Of a DNA stretch of 64,000 nt, positions 1 to 9,689 are shown piece by piece; the stretch's first letter is position 1; every line of letters starts with the position of its first letter. Source of the stretch: Candidatus Poribacteria bacterium (GTDB lineage Bacteria > Poribacteria > WGA-4E > WGA-3G). Both the position numbers and the translations under genes were made by a program. The notes under the pieces were generated by a model. It worked only from the letters and a program-made list of their open reading frames with translations, ran no database searches and was not told the DNA's origin. The stretch spans positions 256,001 through 320,000 of the forward strand of contig CBDBFU010000015.1 of assembly GCA_965205025.1 (NCBI GenBank), in the 5' to 3' direction.

Positions 1-1070
1 TATACACCTACAACCACACTTTCCTGTAGTTCTGTGAGTAAACGTAGGTTTTCAACACCATCCCATGGATATTCAGGTATAGGTTTTGCGCGTTCTGCCT
101 CATCCCTTTCAAGGAAACGCGGCACAAAGAATTCTTTTGTCAAAGTAGTCAGCATTACACGACCTGTTTCTCCATATTCAACTTTCTGATCTGGATTTTC
201 AGGATTCACCAGTTCTATGACAGCACGTGGTTGTGGTGGATAGTAAACAATGGCATAGTTATCTGCAGGATCAAATGGTTTACATGTTGCCAATCCCATA
301 AGTGTATTACCATAGGTCGGAATGAAGTCTATTCCAGGAACAAGTTCCTCACGTGCGAAACGATGAAACTGTGCGTCCATCTCAGTTCCACCACAAAAAA
401 TCCCCTTTATACCAACTTTTTGTAAAGATATTTTTTCACACAATGCCTCAAGAAGTTTAGGAGTTGTAAAAAGACATTGGACATTATCATGTGCTTTGAG
501 TACATTTAATGCTTGGGATATAACGTGGTTTTTATATGCATCTAATTCTTCATTCTTTCCATAACGAACAAGTTGGTTTACCCAACGCGGATCAAGATCA
601 ACGAGAAAGCAGATTCCACCGCGATGTTGAGCAAGATGTTCGACCGCTAAACGTAGACGTCTTGGACCTGTGGGGCCTAACATCAACCAATCACTTCCCT
701 TTGGAAAACTCTCATCAGAAAGTGTTTGACTAAAGATTTCATAGTCAATTTGAAAATCATTGACACTAATCCGTGATTTTGGAATTCCTGTAGATCCCCC
801 AGTTTCAAAGACGTATACTGGATCGTTTTCATAGGCTTTCGGTACCCATCTTCGGATTGGACCACCACGAAGCCATTCGTCCTCAAAATGTCCAAGACAT
901 TTTAGGTCATCATACCCACCAATCTCTTTACGTGGGTCAAAATCTAAGTTGTCTGCATATTCTAACCAGAATGGACATCCTGTTTCTGGACTAAAATGCC
1001 AGTCAACAATTTCGCGAACATGTTCGTCCAGTGTGGTACGTGCCTTTTTTATTTTTTCTGTAATCTTCAT
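1..1070 (-). CDS. EhpF-like / phenylacetate-CoA ligase-like adenylate-forming protein (stop codon just outside the window)
   Basis: Not in the ORF track; translated by hand from ATG at 1070: MKITEKIKKARTTLDEHVREIVDWHFSPETGCPFWL...VFETGGSTGIPK...GPTGPRRLRLAVEHLAQHRGG...DLDPRWV...PWDGVENLRLLTELQESVVVGV(Y). The WHFSPETG-PFW, ETGGSTG-PK P-loop and terminal GVY match the EhpF-like family. Confidence 0.8.
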   Translation of the reverse strand, partial: MKITEKIKKARTTLDEHVREIVDWHFSPETGCPFWLEYADNLDFDPRKEIGGYDDLKCLGHFEDEWLRGGPIRRWVPKAYENDPVYVFETGGSTGIPKSRISVNDFQIDYEIFSQTLSDESFPKGSDWLMLGPTGPRRLRLAVEHLAQHRGGICFLVDLDPRWVNQLVRYGKNEELDAYKNHVISQALNVLKAHDNVQCLFTTPKLLEALCEKISLQKVGIKGIFCGGTEMDAQFHRFAREELVPGIDFIPTYGNTLMGLATCKPFDPADNYAIVYYPPQPRAVIELVNPENPDQKVEYGETGRVMLTTLTKEFFVPRFLERDEAERAKPIPEYPWDGVENLRLLTELQESVVVGV

Positions 1071-1164
1071 CTATAAACTTATATAAATTAAATCCTTATC
1101 TCAAGCATAACCAATTAGGTTTTCATTTCTAATAGAGTCAATATTTAGTTAACTCTAAATCAAC

Positions 1165-1189
1165 GCCGAATGCATGTAATGCATTCGGC
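1165..1189. terminator. Intergenic hairpin (putative terminator or RNA stabiliser)
   Basis: GCCGAATGCAT-gta-ATGCATTCGGC, perfect 11-bp stem between the PQQ gene and the EhpF-like gene; no clear U-tract. Confidence 0.45.
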
Positions 1190-1262
1190 AGATTTCAGGG
1201 ATAATTCTATCAATAGGATTCAGTTAAAATTACCAATAATTTGTACTTAGAAATTAGTTAAT

Positions 1263-2786
1263 CTATTCAGCAATAGCGAACAATCGATTACGTGTTACGA
1301 TGTATAACACACCATCTTTGGCTACGGGTGTTGTATACACTGCACTCCCCATATTGATCTGATTTATTACTTCCTTTGTCTTACCTGTCTTTAAGATGAC
1401 TACATCCCCATCCTCAGTACCCAGGTAAACTTTCCCATCAACAACATAAGGTGATCCCCAGATAGCTGCGAAGGTATCATGTGTCCAGTATAGGTCTCCA
1501 GTTTTTACATCTAAACAGTAGAGAAATCCGCTCAGATCAGAAATGTAAAGTAGTCCTTCATGGATTGCAACTGTTGACATAGTGCGATTAAATTGCTCAT
1601 TTCCGAAGTGCCATACTGCTGCAGTTGAGGTAACATCACCTTTTTGAGAAGCATCAATACACCAAAGATGTCCGACGCCTTCACCATGCTCAGGATCTTG
1701 TCCGACTGCTAAGAAAACTTTATCATCAAATACAACAGGTGTAGAGATGATATTATTGCGTGTTCCACGACCGCCCAGTTCCCATTCAGAATCTTTCGGA
1801 TTGCAATCAAACTTCCAGATAATGTTACCAGTTTCAGGTTCAAAGGAATATACCCATCCATCACCACCAGGGATAATAACTTGTGGTACACCTTTTATTA
1901 CACCGTATGCAGGATTTGACCATTGACCGTGTAATATATTTTCCCCGGGGGAAGCATCTTCCCACACAAGTTCCCCTGTATTTTTATTCAAGGCAATAAA
2001 ACTGGGAGCATCAGGTACAGGAATATGGATATGTGTTTCATCTACGCCATTACTTGTCTCTAAAAACAAGAGATCGCCAACAGCAAGTGGTGAACAGGTT
2101 GCCAGGTTATGCGGAAAGACATCTAACTCATCCATCATATCATAAATCCAGATGATATCTCCATCAATATTAGTATTTTCTGATTCCTCAGTATAAGGAC
2201 CGTCATTTTCTCCATCAAGGAAACCTTCAGTATCAATACAAACCACTTCACATCGATTAGAGATATAGTAGAGTCTGTCCCCTTCAATATATGGCGTTGA
2301 ACAGATGCCTTGCAGTGGCCAATCATTAACCCTTCCTGCAGGTAGTTTAGTGTGAGTGATCTGCCATAAAAATTCACCATCGGTTTCATTAAACGCTACG
2401 ATATTCCCACGATCACCAGTGAGTTTTGGATTTAGCAGTGCCTCATTATTAGTTCCAACAAATACCTTTCCACCTATAATAAGTGGACCTGCATAACTCT
2501 GTGACCCGAGTTCTGCTGTCCATTTGATATTCTCGCCTGTTTCATAATTCCAAGTTGAGAGGATGTTTTTCTCGTCAGAAACCATATTACGACTTAGTGT
2601 GCCACCCCATAATGCTATCTCTTTCTCTTCTGCTGAATGAGCATCGGCCTGACTATTTTGTGGAGAAAAACTTATAATGAGACCAAATAAAAATACTATC
2701 ATGTATTTAACTGAATGAACTATATTCTTTATGTTAGTTGTAAATTGTGCGGTATTTCTTTTACCGCTTCTGAATTCTAAAATCAT
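1263..2786 (-). CDS. PQQ-binding-like beta-propeller repeat protein (BamB-like), secreted
   Basis: Signal-peptide-like N-terminus, WGGTLSRNMVS, repeated D-xxTG-xxxW and ST-P-V-DG blades; true start may be downstream. Confidence 0.85.
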   Translation of the reverse strand: MILEFRSGKRNTAQFTTNIKNIVHSVKYMIVFLFGLIISFSPQNSQADAHSAEEKEIALWGGTLSRNMVSDEKNILSTWNYETGENIKWTAELGSQSYAGPLIIGGKVFVGTNNEALLNPKLTGDRGNIVAFNETDGEFLWQITHTKLPAGRVNDWPLQGICSTPYIEGDRLYYISNRCEVVCIDTEGFLDGENDGPYTEESENTNIDGDIIWIYDMMDELDVFPHNLATCSPLAVGDLLFLETSNGVDETHIHIPVPDAPSFIALNKNTGELVWEDASPGENILHGQWSNPAYGVIKGVPQVIIPGGDGWVYSFEPETGNIIWKFDCNPKDSEWELGGRGTRNNIISTPVVFDDKVFLAVGQDPEHGEGVGHLWCIDASQKGDVTSTAAVWHFGNEQFNRTMSTVAIHEGLLYISDLSGFLYCLDVKTGDLYWTHDTFAAIWGSPYVVDGKVYLGTEDGDVVILKTGKTKEVINQINMGSAVYTTPVAKDGVLYIVTRNRLFAIAE

Positions 2787-2789
2787 TTA

Positions 2790-3743
2790 TCACCATACCT
2801 TTAGATTATCATAATAGATTTCGGAAACGGAATAAGCGTATATACCGGGACTTCCCTCTCTATTCGGCAAGGGGTCTTCGGTTTTAATCGTCCATTCATT
2901 GGGTTCATCGTCCCCTGTCCGCCAAACTTTTCCATAAATCAAAGCTTTATCGTCGTTTATTTCAACCTTCATTTTCATTGTATACCAGACATCGGTCTCC
3001 CATGAGAAGGGGATTGTTTTTGCCATCCGCAGATCAGACGCCCAAGACCGAATCTGCAGCCGTTGTTGTCTACCCTGCATATCTAATGTATATCGATTGG
3101 CTATTAACCCCATATCTGGCACTCTACGTTTATCTCTTGTTCCCATCACATCGACTTGTATCTGGTAGTCACTCATTTTAGGTGGACCGATATATACATT
3201 TGACTTATCTAATCCGCGTTGTACAGGTATTTTGACCAATACTTTGTTACCATCTTTCTCTTTTACAAAATACTTTCCAGTAGCACTGATCCAATGTGTG
3301 GGAACTTTATTGAGTTCGATATTTTCAAAATCTTCACTCCATGGTAAAGGTGGAATGACACGAATTCGTGCTTCTGCCTTCATTTCACCTGATTGGATGG
3401 AGACAGTTCCTGCTTGTGCTCCATGACTAATATTCGGAGTGAATATATTGTCTGTGAGACTACCCATTAACCCATTTAAACCCCACTCTACAGAGCCAAT
3501 TGCACTTGTCTGATTCCCGTTTTCATCATAACCGATAACTGTAAGTTCAACCGGTTCACCAGATGTTGTCGTTTCAGCAGGAGTAAGAAGTAGATCAACG
3601 ACTGGTTCTGTACTCAATTTTGTTACTACTATCTCTTTGCTTGCACATCCAATCACAAGAAAACTGATAGCTAAGGTAATGCACAGCAGAAAGGGTAATC
3701 TCACAAGATTCTTCTTACTGATTCCAAAGTTTATACTTTTCAT
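2790..3743 (-). CDS. Lipoprotein with Ig-like segment and C-terminal beta-sandwich domain (PLPWSEDFE...)
   Basis: Lipobox LVIGC; start overlaps the upstream stop (TAATG at 3741-3745). Confidence 0.7.
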   Translation of the reverse strand: MKSINFGISKKNLVRLPFLLCITLAISFLVIGCASKEIVVTKLSTEPVVDLLLTPAETTTSGEPVELTVIGYDENGNQTSAIGSVEWGLNGLMGSLTDNIFTPNISHGAQAGTVSIQSGEMKAEARIRVIPPLPWSEDFENIELNKVPTHWISATGKYFVKEKDGNKVLVKIPVQRGLDKSNVYIGPPKMSDYQIQVDVMGTRDKRRVPDMGLIANRYTLDMQGRQQRLQIRSWASDLRMAKTIPFSWETDVWYTMKMKVEINDDKALIYGKVWRTGDDEPNEWTIKTEDPLPNREGSPGIYAYSVSEIYYDNLKVW

Positions 3744-5059
3744 TATTCTCTCCCTATGCAGTAGATATGCTCTTCCGTGGTGAAATAGATGCGTCCATCT
3801 GATATTGCTGGTGATCCGAAGATTTCAACATAGTGCTCATCTTCTTCTCGAGTGATTTCCTGTATATTGAGAGATTCACACTCGTCTGCACCGGGTTGTA
3901 GAATATGAAACTTCCCATTAACCTCTGTAACGAATAACTTTCCATCCGCCCAAACAGGTGAACCTTTACCAACTGTACCGATACTATGTTCCCATATAAC
4001 CTTGCCGGTATCAGCATTCAAACAATACATATTAGCAGAATTATCTACAACATATAGTTTTCCATCTTTAACGGTTGGGGATGCATATCCTACATTAACA
4101 GCATCATAACGCCATACCTCATGGGTTTTCGTAATATCTCCAGTTCCAGTTGCATCGATACAGACAACGCGTCCCATTTCAGTGCTATCAAAGTTTTCTT
4201 CACTATGTGTAGCATACACCTTTGTACCAGAAACTATAACAGAGGTATTGATTCCGCGTTTACTCAGTTTAAAACCCCATACCATTTCACCGGTAGTCTG
4301 TTTCATTGCATAGATACTACCATCAGCATTCCCACCGATGATAAGCATTTGACCGTTGATATCAACAACTACTGGTGTTGAGTAAGTTGTATCAAGGGGT
4401 CTGCCACCCGGTGTTGATACCCAGATGAGATCTCCTGATTTTTTATCAAATGCAAAATAGCGATGCCTTGGTATAGATTGATTCCCCCATCCTACATTTA
4501 GGTAACTAACAACCACAAGATTTCCAGCAATTATCGGTGTATGAATACGACCACCATAACCAGAAATGCGTCCATACTCTTCTGTGAGTGAACGGGACCA
4601 GACAATGTTACCATCTTTATCAAAACAGAAAAAGAGTCCTTGCACACCATGTATGTATATATTTCCTGTTTCGGGATCTCCTACAGGACTTGTCCATCCA
4701 ACCCTATTGAAAGTGATAGTGGTATGAAAGACATTAAACTGGTAATTCCAAATTTCATCGCCTGTTTTAGCATCAAAGCATGTAATACGTTCTTGTTGTG
4801 TTATGTCTTTACCAATACGTCCAATTACATAGACTCTGTCATTCAATATAACTGGTGTTGAACGACCAATAAAATCAGCTTTCCAGAGAAGGTTTTCCCC
4901 ATCTATAGACCAATTTGAAACAAGTCCAGTTTCTGATGATGTTCCATCTTGATTTGGACCTCTCCAACTTGGCCAATCGCTTGCATTGGCATATATTTGG
5001 GTAAATAGTATTAGAGAAAAAATAGATATCCGATATATAATCGGTTTTAGATTATGCAA
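3743..5059 (-). CDS. PQQ-binding-like beta-propeller repeat protein, secreted
   Basis: Signal peptide, DWPSWRGPNQDGTS start motif, multiple TG-xxxW blades. Confidence 0.85.
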   Translation of the reverse strand: MHNLKPIIYRISIFSLILFTQIYANASDWPSWRGPNQDGTSSETGLVSNWSIDGENLLWKADFIGRSTPVILNDRVYVIGRIGKDITQQERITCFDAKTGDEIWNYQFNVFHTTITFNRVGWTSPVGDPETGNIYIHGVQGLFFCFDKDGNIVWSRSLTEEYGRISGYGGRIHTPIIAGNLVVVSYLNVGWGNQSIPRHRYFAFDKKSGDLIWVSTPGGRPLDTTYSTPVVVDINGQMLIIGGNADGSIYAMKQTTGEMVWGFKLSKRGINTSVIVSGTKVYATHSEENFDSTEMGRVVCIDATGTGDITKTHEVWRYDAVNVGYASPTVKDGKLYVVDNSANMYCLNADTGKVIWEHSIGTVGKGSPVWADGKLFVTEVNGKFHILQPGADECESLNIQEITREEDEHYVEIFGSPAISDGRIYFTTEEHIYCIGRE

Positions 5060-5326
5060 ATTTATAGCCTCCTACCGTTTGTATATACTATAAGTATAAG
5101 ACGTGAAAGGGTATGATTTGTTTATTGGAAGTCTTTCCATTCTATTGTGAATATCTGATAGTCTACATTATAACATTAAAAGTGCTTAACCTGAATGAAA
5201 TTGTGATAGAGGAATGGGTAATTCGGAGAATGGATAGGCAGCGAATTATTAGAGGATACCAGATTTGTCGTATTGGAATCTGTAAATTCTAATGATAAGA
5301 ATAGGTGTAGAAATACGGTCTGCTTA

Positions 5327-6169
5327 TTAATTATTCATCTTCAGGGATCCCCATACTGTTGATAATTTTTGAATTGGATCAACAGCAAGACCTACTTTAG
5401 ACTTAAAGTTCTGTGTTACTTCACCTGCTGTTAGGGGTCGATCGTAAATACGTACTTCATCGATTAACCCTGGGAAATGCCGTTCAACTTTACCACGATT
5501 ATTTGCTGCACCGATATAAACAGGTCTTACAAACGGGATAAATTCTTCTAAATTCTTCTCTTTACCAACAATTATTTCTCGAGATTCACCGTCTATATAT
5601 GCGCTGATTTTTGCTTCCGCTGCATCCTCAACTGCAAAGACAATGTGATGCCATTTTCCATCCGATAAAGCATATTCAATTTCAACAGCAATATCATTAC
5701 ACCCAGCAGCAGCATTCTGACGAATATAGAAATGAACAATGTCTTTTGCAAGTGGAAATCCTGCTTTAGCACTTCGGTTCACATCAATAGCCCAGGCCAT
5801 ATTGCATCCATCATCAAGGACTTTGAAAAGAGATGTCCAATCATTCCTAAAACTTGTTTTGACCCATGCTTCAAAAGTAGATTTTCCAAGTTTTTCACCG
5901 AAATCTCCAAGATTCGTTAGATTGACATAGTCATCTGAGCCATCGAATTCCAAGGCATCCCCAACTTTTCCCGCTACTACATTAGGATTTCCAACTATTG
6001 TACCGTTGTTTTTACCCCACACATCTTTAACAGACTTATCTTCAATATCCTTTTGATCGAATGTCCAATAACTCACAAGACCTTCAGTCACGACATTTGC
6101 AGAATGTACGATATTACACAATATCAAACTCACGATAGAGATTAACAGGATACTCATAAACCTTTTCAT
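5327..6169 (-). CDS. LamG/concanavalin A-like domain protein with C-terminal AVDPxxKLxTxWGxLK tail
   Basis: GLVSYWTFD, ALEFDGSDDYV, DGKWHHIV, F-GLIDEVRIYDRPL. Confidence 0.9.
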   Translation of the reverse strand: MKRFMSILLISIVSLILCNIVHSANVVTEGLVSYWTFDQKDIEDKSVKDVWGKNNGTIVGNPNVVAGKVGDALEFDGSDDYVNLTNLGDFGEKLGKSTFEAWVKTSFRNDWTSLFKVLDDGCNMAWAIDVNRSAKAGFPLAKDIVHFYIRQNAAAGCNDIAVEIEYALSDGKWHHIVFAVEDAAEAKISAYIDGESREIIVGKEKNLEEFIPFVRPVYIGAANNRGKVERHFPGLIDEVRIYDRPLTAGEVTQNFKSKVGLAVDPIQKLSTVWGSLKMNN

Positions 6170-6309
6170 ACTAATTTCTCCTTACATAATATCACGGAGT
6201 GAATAAATAAATGGGTATGTATTGGTGATTTCACTGATTTATAGTGGTTGATATATATAGTATGAATTGTAGCATAAACAAAAAGATTGTGCATATAGAA
6301 AATGGCTAT

Positions 6310-6499
6310 GGGGTGTGTAAAGTTCAAACTCACGTTAGATGTATTATGGATACGGTATATTGTAGAAACTGTTAATTTTTGTCGTCTTGAAAAGTCTACA
6401 CTTTCACGGAAACCTTCACGGAGCAATTCTACGACCCCTTATTCTATAAGGGTTTATAATTTTACTTAGACCGATTCTCCGTGAATCACATATGTTAAT
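6310..6499 (+). repeat. Dispersed non-coding element, copy 1 (TTCACGGA repeats and CCCTTAT-ATAAGGG palindrome)
   Basis: About 6346-6499 aligns with the reverse complement of about 30841-30995; preceded by GGGGTGTGTAAAGTT, which also occurs inverted at 31258-31272. Confidence 0.8.
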
Positions 6500-6548
6500 T
6501 TTACTATAACTATTGCATGAGCGAAAGGCATCTTTGGTTTTCATCTGA

Positions 6549-6674
6549 TACCATTTCTATAAATGTTTATCCCATAAATAATTGTTATACGTGGCTTGAA
6601 AAACTGCACAAACTGAAAGTTTATGCTACATTAAAGAGATTCTATTAATGTGACTTTTATTAACAGAAATGGTA
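6549..6674. mobile_element. IS630-type MITE, copy A (TACCATTTCT...AGAAATGGTA)
   Basis: 10-bp terminal inverted repeats matching the IS630 right end; internal similarity to 11221-11331 and 44890-45002; contains CACAAACTGAAAGTTTATGCTACA. Confidence 0.8.
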
Positions 6675-6677
6675 TAA

Positions 6678-7619
6678 CTATCTTTTCTTAAGTGTACCCC
6701 AGACAGTTGGTAACTTATGTGTTGGTTCTACACCTAACCCTATTCTGGATTGATAATTTTGAAGTACTTCTTCATAGGAGAGAACACGATCATAGACACG
6801 CACTTCATCAATTATTCCTCTAAAAAACTTAGTTGCTTTCCCATTCGTATTGACAGCACCAAGATAGATAGGTTCCGTATAGGGGAGAATGTTATCACGG
6901 TTTGGAACATTACGTCTACCCCTACTTTTTTGTTCTCCATCTACATAGAAGGCTCTCTCTCTCCACCCATTATCTGGTTCATCATTCAATGGTCCTCCAT
7001 CCACGTAGACAATATGGTGCCACTTTCCATCAGAAATTTGTGATGGAAATCCTGAAGTACGAGAACGACACCCATTCTGTTGTCTGTCACTCTGTTGTAA
7101 ATGAATTGAATCCTCTTTGGTAACTATATTATTTAGTGGGAAGAAAGGTCTATTTTGAAAATCTAATGAAGCATTAATTGATATTCCATATCCACGCTTC
7201 CTCTCGTCACAGTGAGGTGCTTCTATCACCCTATAAATTGGCATCCAACTGATTTTATAACTGGTTTTGACTATAATTTCGAATGTGAATGGGCCTAATT
7301 GACTCCCAAAATTACCGAAGTTTGGTATGACAACATAATTTCTTAGACCCTTTAATTCCAATCCTTGTCTTATGTATCCATCAGAGATATTCTTGTGACC
7401 GACAATTTCTGCGTGGTTTTCACCCCACACATCTTCAACTATATTTCCATCAATATTATTCAGGTCGAATGTCCAATAACTTACCAACCCATCTGTTACG
7501 ATTGGTGCAGCAACTATTGGTATGGTTAATGAAAAGTTAATTGCAATTGATAAATAAAGTAGACAACATTTCTTCATATCAAATAACCTGCATACTAAGA
7601 TACGTATTTTCTGACTCAT
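6678..7619 (-). CDS. LamG domain protein (tandem paralog)
   Basis: GLVSYWTFD, DGKWHHIV, FRGIIDEVRVYDR; tail GVEPTHKLPTVWGTLKKR; start probably at the downstream Met (MKKCCLL). Confidence 0.88.
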   Translation of the reverse strand: MSQKIRILVCRLFDMKKCCLLYLSIAINFSLTIPIVAAPIVTDGLVSYWTFDLNNIDGNIVEDVWGENHAEIVGHKNISDGYIRQGLELKGLRNYVVIPNFGNFGSQLGPFTFEIIVKTSYKISWMPIYRVIEAPHCDERKRGYGISINASLDFQNRPFFPLNNIVTKEDSIHLQQSDRQQNGCRSRTSGFPSQISDGKWHHIVYVDGGPLNDEPDNGWRERAFYVDGEQKSRGRRNVPNRDNILPYTEPIYLGAVNTNGKATKFFRGIIDEVRVYDRVLSYEEVLQNYQSRIGLGVEPTHKLPTVWGTLKKR

Positions 7620-7629
7620 AGAATTATGG

Positions 7630-8559
7630 TTATCTTTTCTTGAGTGTACCCCAAACAGTTGGTAACTTTTGGGTTGGTTCTACACTTAACCCTATTCTGG
7701 ATTGATAATTCTGAAGTACTTCTTCATAGGAGAGACCACGATCATAGACACGCACTTCATCAATTATACCTCTAAAGAACTTACTTGCTTTACCATTCTT
7801 ATTAACAGCACCAAGATAGATAGATTCCGTATAGGGAAGAATGTTATCACGGCTTGAAGTATTGTATCTCCCCCTACTTCTCTGTTCGCCGTCTACATAG
7901 AGAGACCTCTGTTTCCACTCCTTGCCTGATTCATCAGTATATGGTTCTCCGTACGCATAGACAATATGATGCCACTTTCCATCAGAAATTTGTGATGGAA
8001 ATCCTGAAGTACCAGAACTACACCCATTCTGATATCTGTAACTCCGTTGTAAATGAATTGAATCTTCTTTGGTAACTATATTATTTTCTCGTAGTCGTAT
8101 GAAAGGTCTAATTTGAAAATCCATAGAAGCATTTATTGAAATCCCATGTCCGCTGTCCCTCTCGTCACAGTTCGGTTCTTCTATCACTCTATAAATTGGC
8201 GTCCAACTTTTTTTATAACTGGTTTTGACTATAATTTCGAATGTGAATGGGCCTAATTGACTCCCAAAATTACCGAAATTTGGGATGACAAGGTAATTTT
8301 TAAAACCGTTTAATTCAAGACCTTGCCTGATGTATCCATCAGAGATATTCGTCTGTCCAACAATTTCTGCGTGGTTTTCACCCCACACATCTTCAACTAA
8401 ATTTCCATCAATATTATTCAGGTCGAATGTCCAATAACTTACCAACCCATCTGTTACGATTGTATTAGCGAATAAATAACCAGACATACTTAAAATACAC
8501 AATATAGTGATAAGGACAAAAATGGTAGTCTTCATATTTATCTCCTTGAAATCGAACAA
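7630..8559 (-). CDS. LamG domain protein (tandem paralog)
   Basis: Long stretches near-identical to 6678-7619; tail SVEPTQKLPTVWGTLKKR; start probably at MKTTIF. Confidence 0.88.
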   Translation of the reverse strand: MFDFKEINMKTTIFVLITILCILSMSGYLFANTIVTDGLVSYWTFDLNNIDGNLVEDVWGENHAEIVGQTNISDGYIRQGLELNGFKNYLVIPNFGNFGSQLGPFTFEIIVKTSYKKSWTPIYRVIEEPNCDERDSGHGISINASMDFQIRPFIRLRENNIVTKEDSIHLQRSYRYQNGCSSGTSGFPSQISDGKWHHIVYAYGEPYTDESGKEWKQRSLYVDGEQRSRGRYNTSSRDNILPYTESIYLGAVNKNGKASKFFRGIIDEVRVYDRGLSYEEVLQNYQSRIGLSVEPTQKLPTVWGTLKKR

Positions 8560-9689
8560 TTAGTAATGCCTATATTCAGTTTCTTAGCTCCTGTTGAGTG
8601 TCTCTTGTTTCATCTACTTACTGATTTAATTATACCCGTGATACTGATCCGAAGTCAACTCTGAATCATCGGTCGGGTTTGTAAAGTTTTTGGCATGAAT
8701 ATTACGGAATCATAAGCTTCTTTTTTCCATGTATTATATTGAACCGAGGGTAATTTTACTGTAGTTTTGCTGTTTTTTATATTCACAATAGTAATATATT
8801 AGTTATTTATATGTTGAATAAAGTTACACTTTTTGTCACATGGTGTGACATTGGTAAAACCCCTCTCCCGTCAGTACTACAGTGGGTTTAGAACCACTTT
8901 TTTAAGGTTACAAAAATTTCGAAAAAGATGAATTTTGTGTCTTTTACTTTTCTTTTAATCCATTGATTTAGGATTGTTTGAATGTGAAGTTTTTTATCCA
9001 TCCAATTTGACATGGTATTAGAATATATTCGATAAATCATAGATTTGGAGGATTCATTAGTCTTACCATTTGCTATATTTTGAACCAACGGACGGGGAAA
9101 CACCAATTCTATGAAGAGAATTATATCTGTATGGACAATTCGTAGTAATGAGATACACTGTAATTTACTGTTGTGCATGATAGTCTGTTTTGTTTGAAGT
9201 CGGTCTAATTTTTAGTTTTTTTAGTTGTTTTAGTTTTTCAAGTTTTTTGAGTTGCTTTTTAAGAAATGATTTTTTAATGAGCCGAAAACCCTGTTGGGGG
9301 TTGGGATAACAAAGGATTTGATTAATAGATGTAAAATTTTAAAATTAGAAAAACTAAAAAAATATTCGGTTGAATTCGCATTGATTTTCCTCTGTATCTG
9401 TTTATATGGTGATAATTCTGAATGTTTTCGTTGTAATTCTAACATGGATATTCCTATTTCCCAGATAGTGGATTTGGTTGAATTTGGCATAAAGTTTAGA
9501 AGCCTAAATAATTAGCCAAAATAATTAGAAGAGAGTTACACTTTCACGGCATAAATAATATTTCGTATCTTCCAAGTAATGTGTTAGTTTTAGTTTACAA
9601 TTAGTGAACGATATGGTATTATAACATTTTGTTTATATTTTGACAAATATATTTAATTTATTTTATATTATTGTGATATATGTGTGTTA

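Noticed and set aside
2787-2792. TGA stop as possible Sec read-through
   Set aside because: Immediately followed by TAA; no Cys-like context
6166-6426. 86-aa ORF upstream of the LamG gene
   Set aside because: Runs through the dispersed non-coding repeat; likely spurious
8888-9515. Short ORFs in the AT-rich region
   Set aside because: No recognisable motifs or RBS; overlapping on opposite strands
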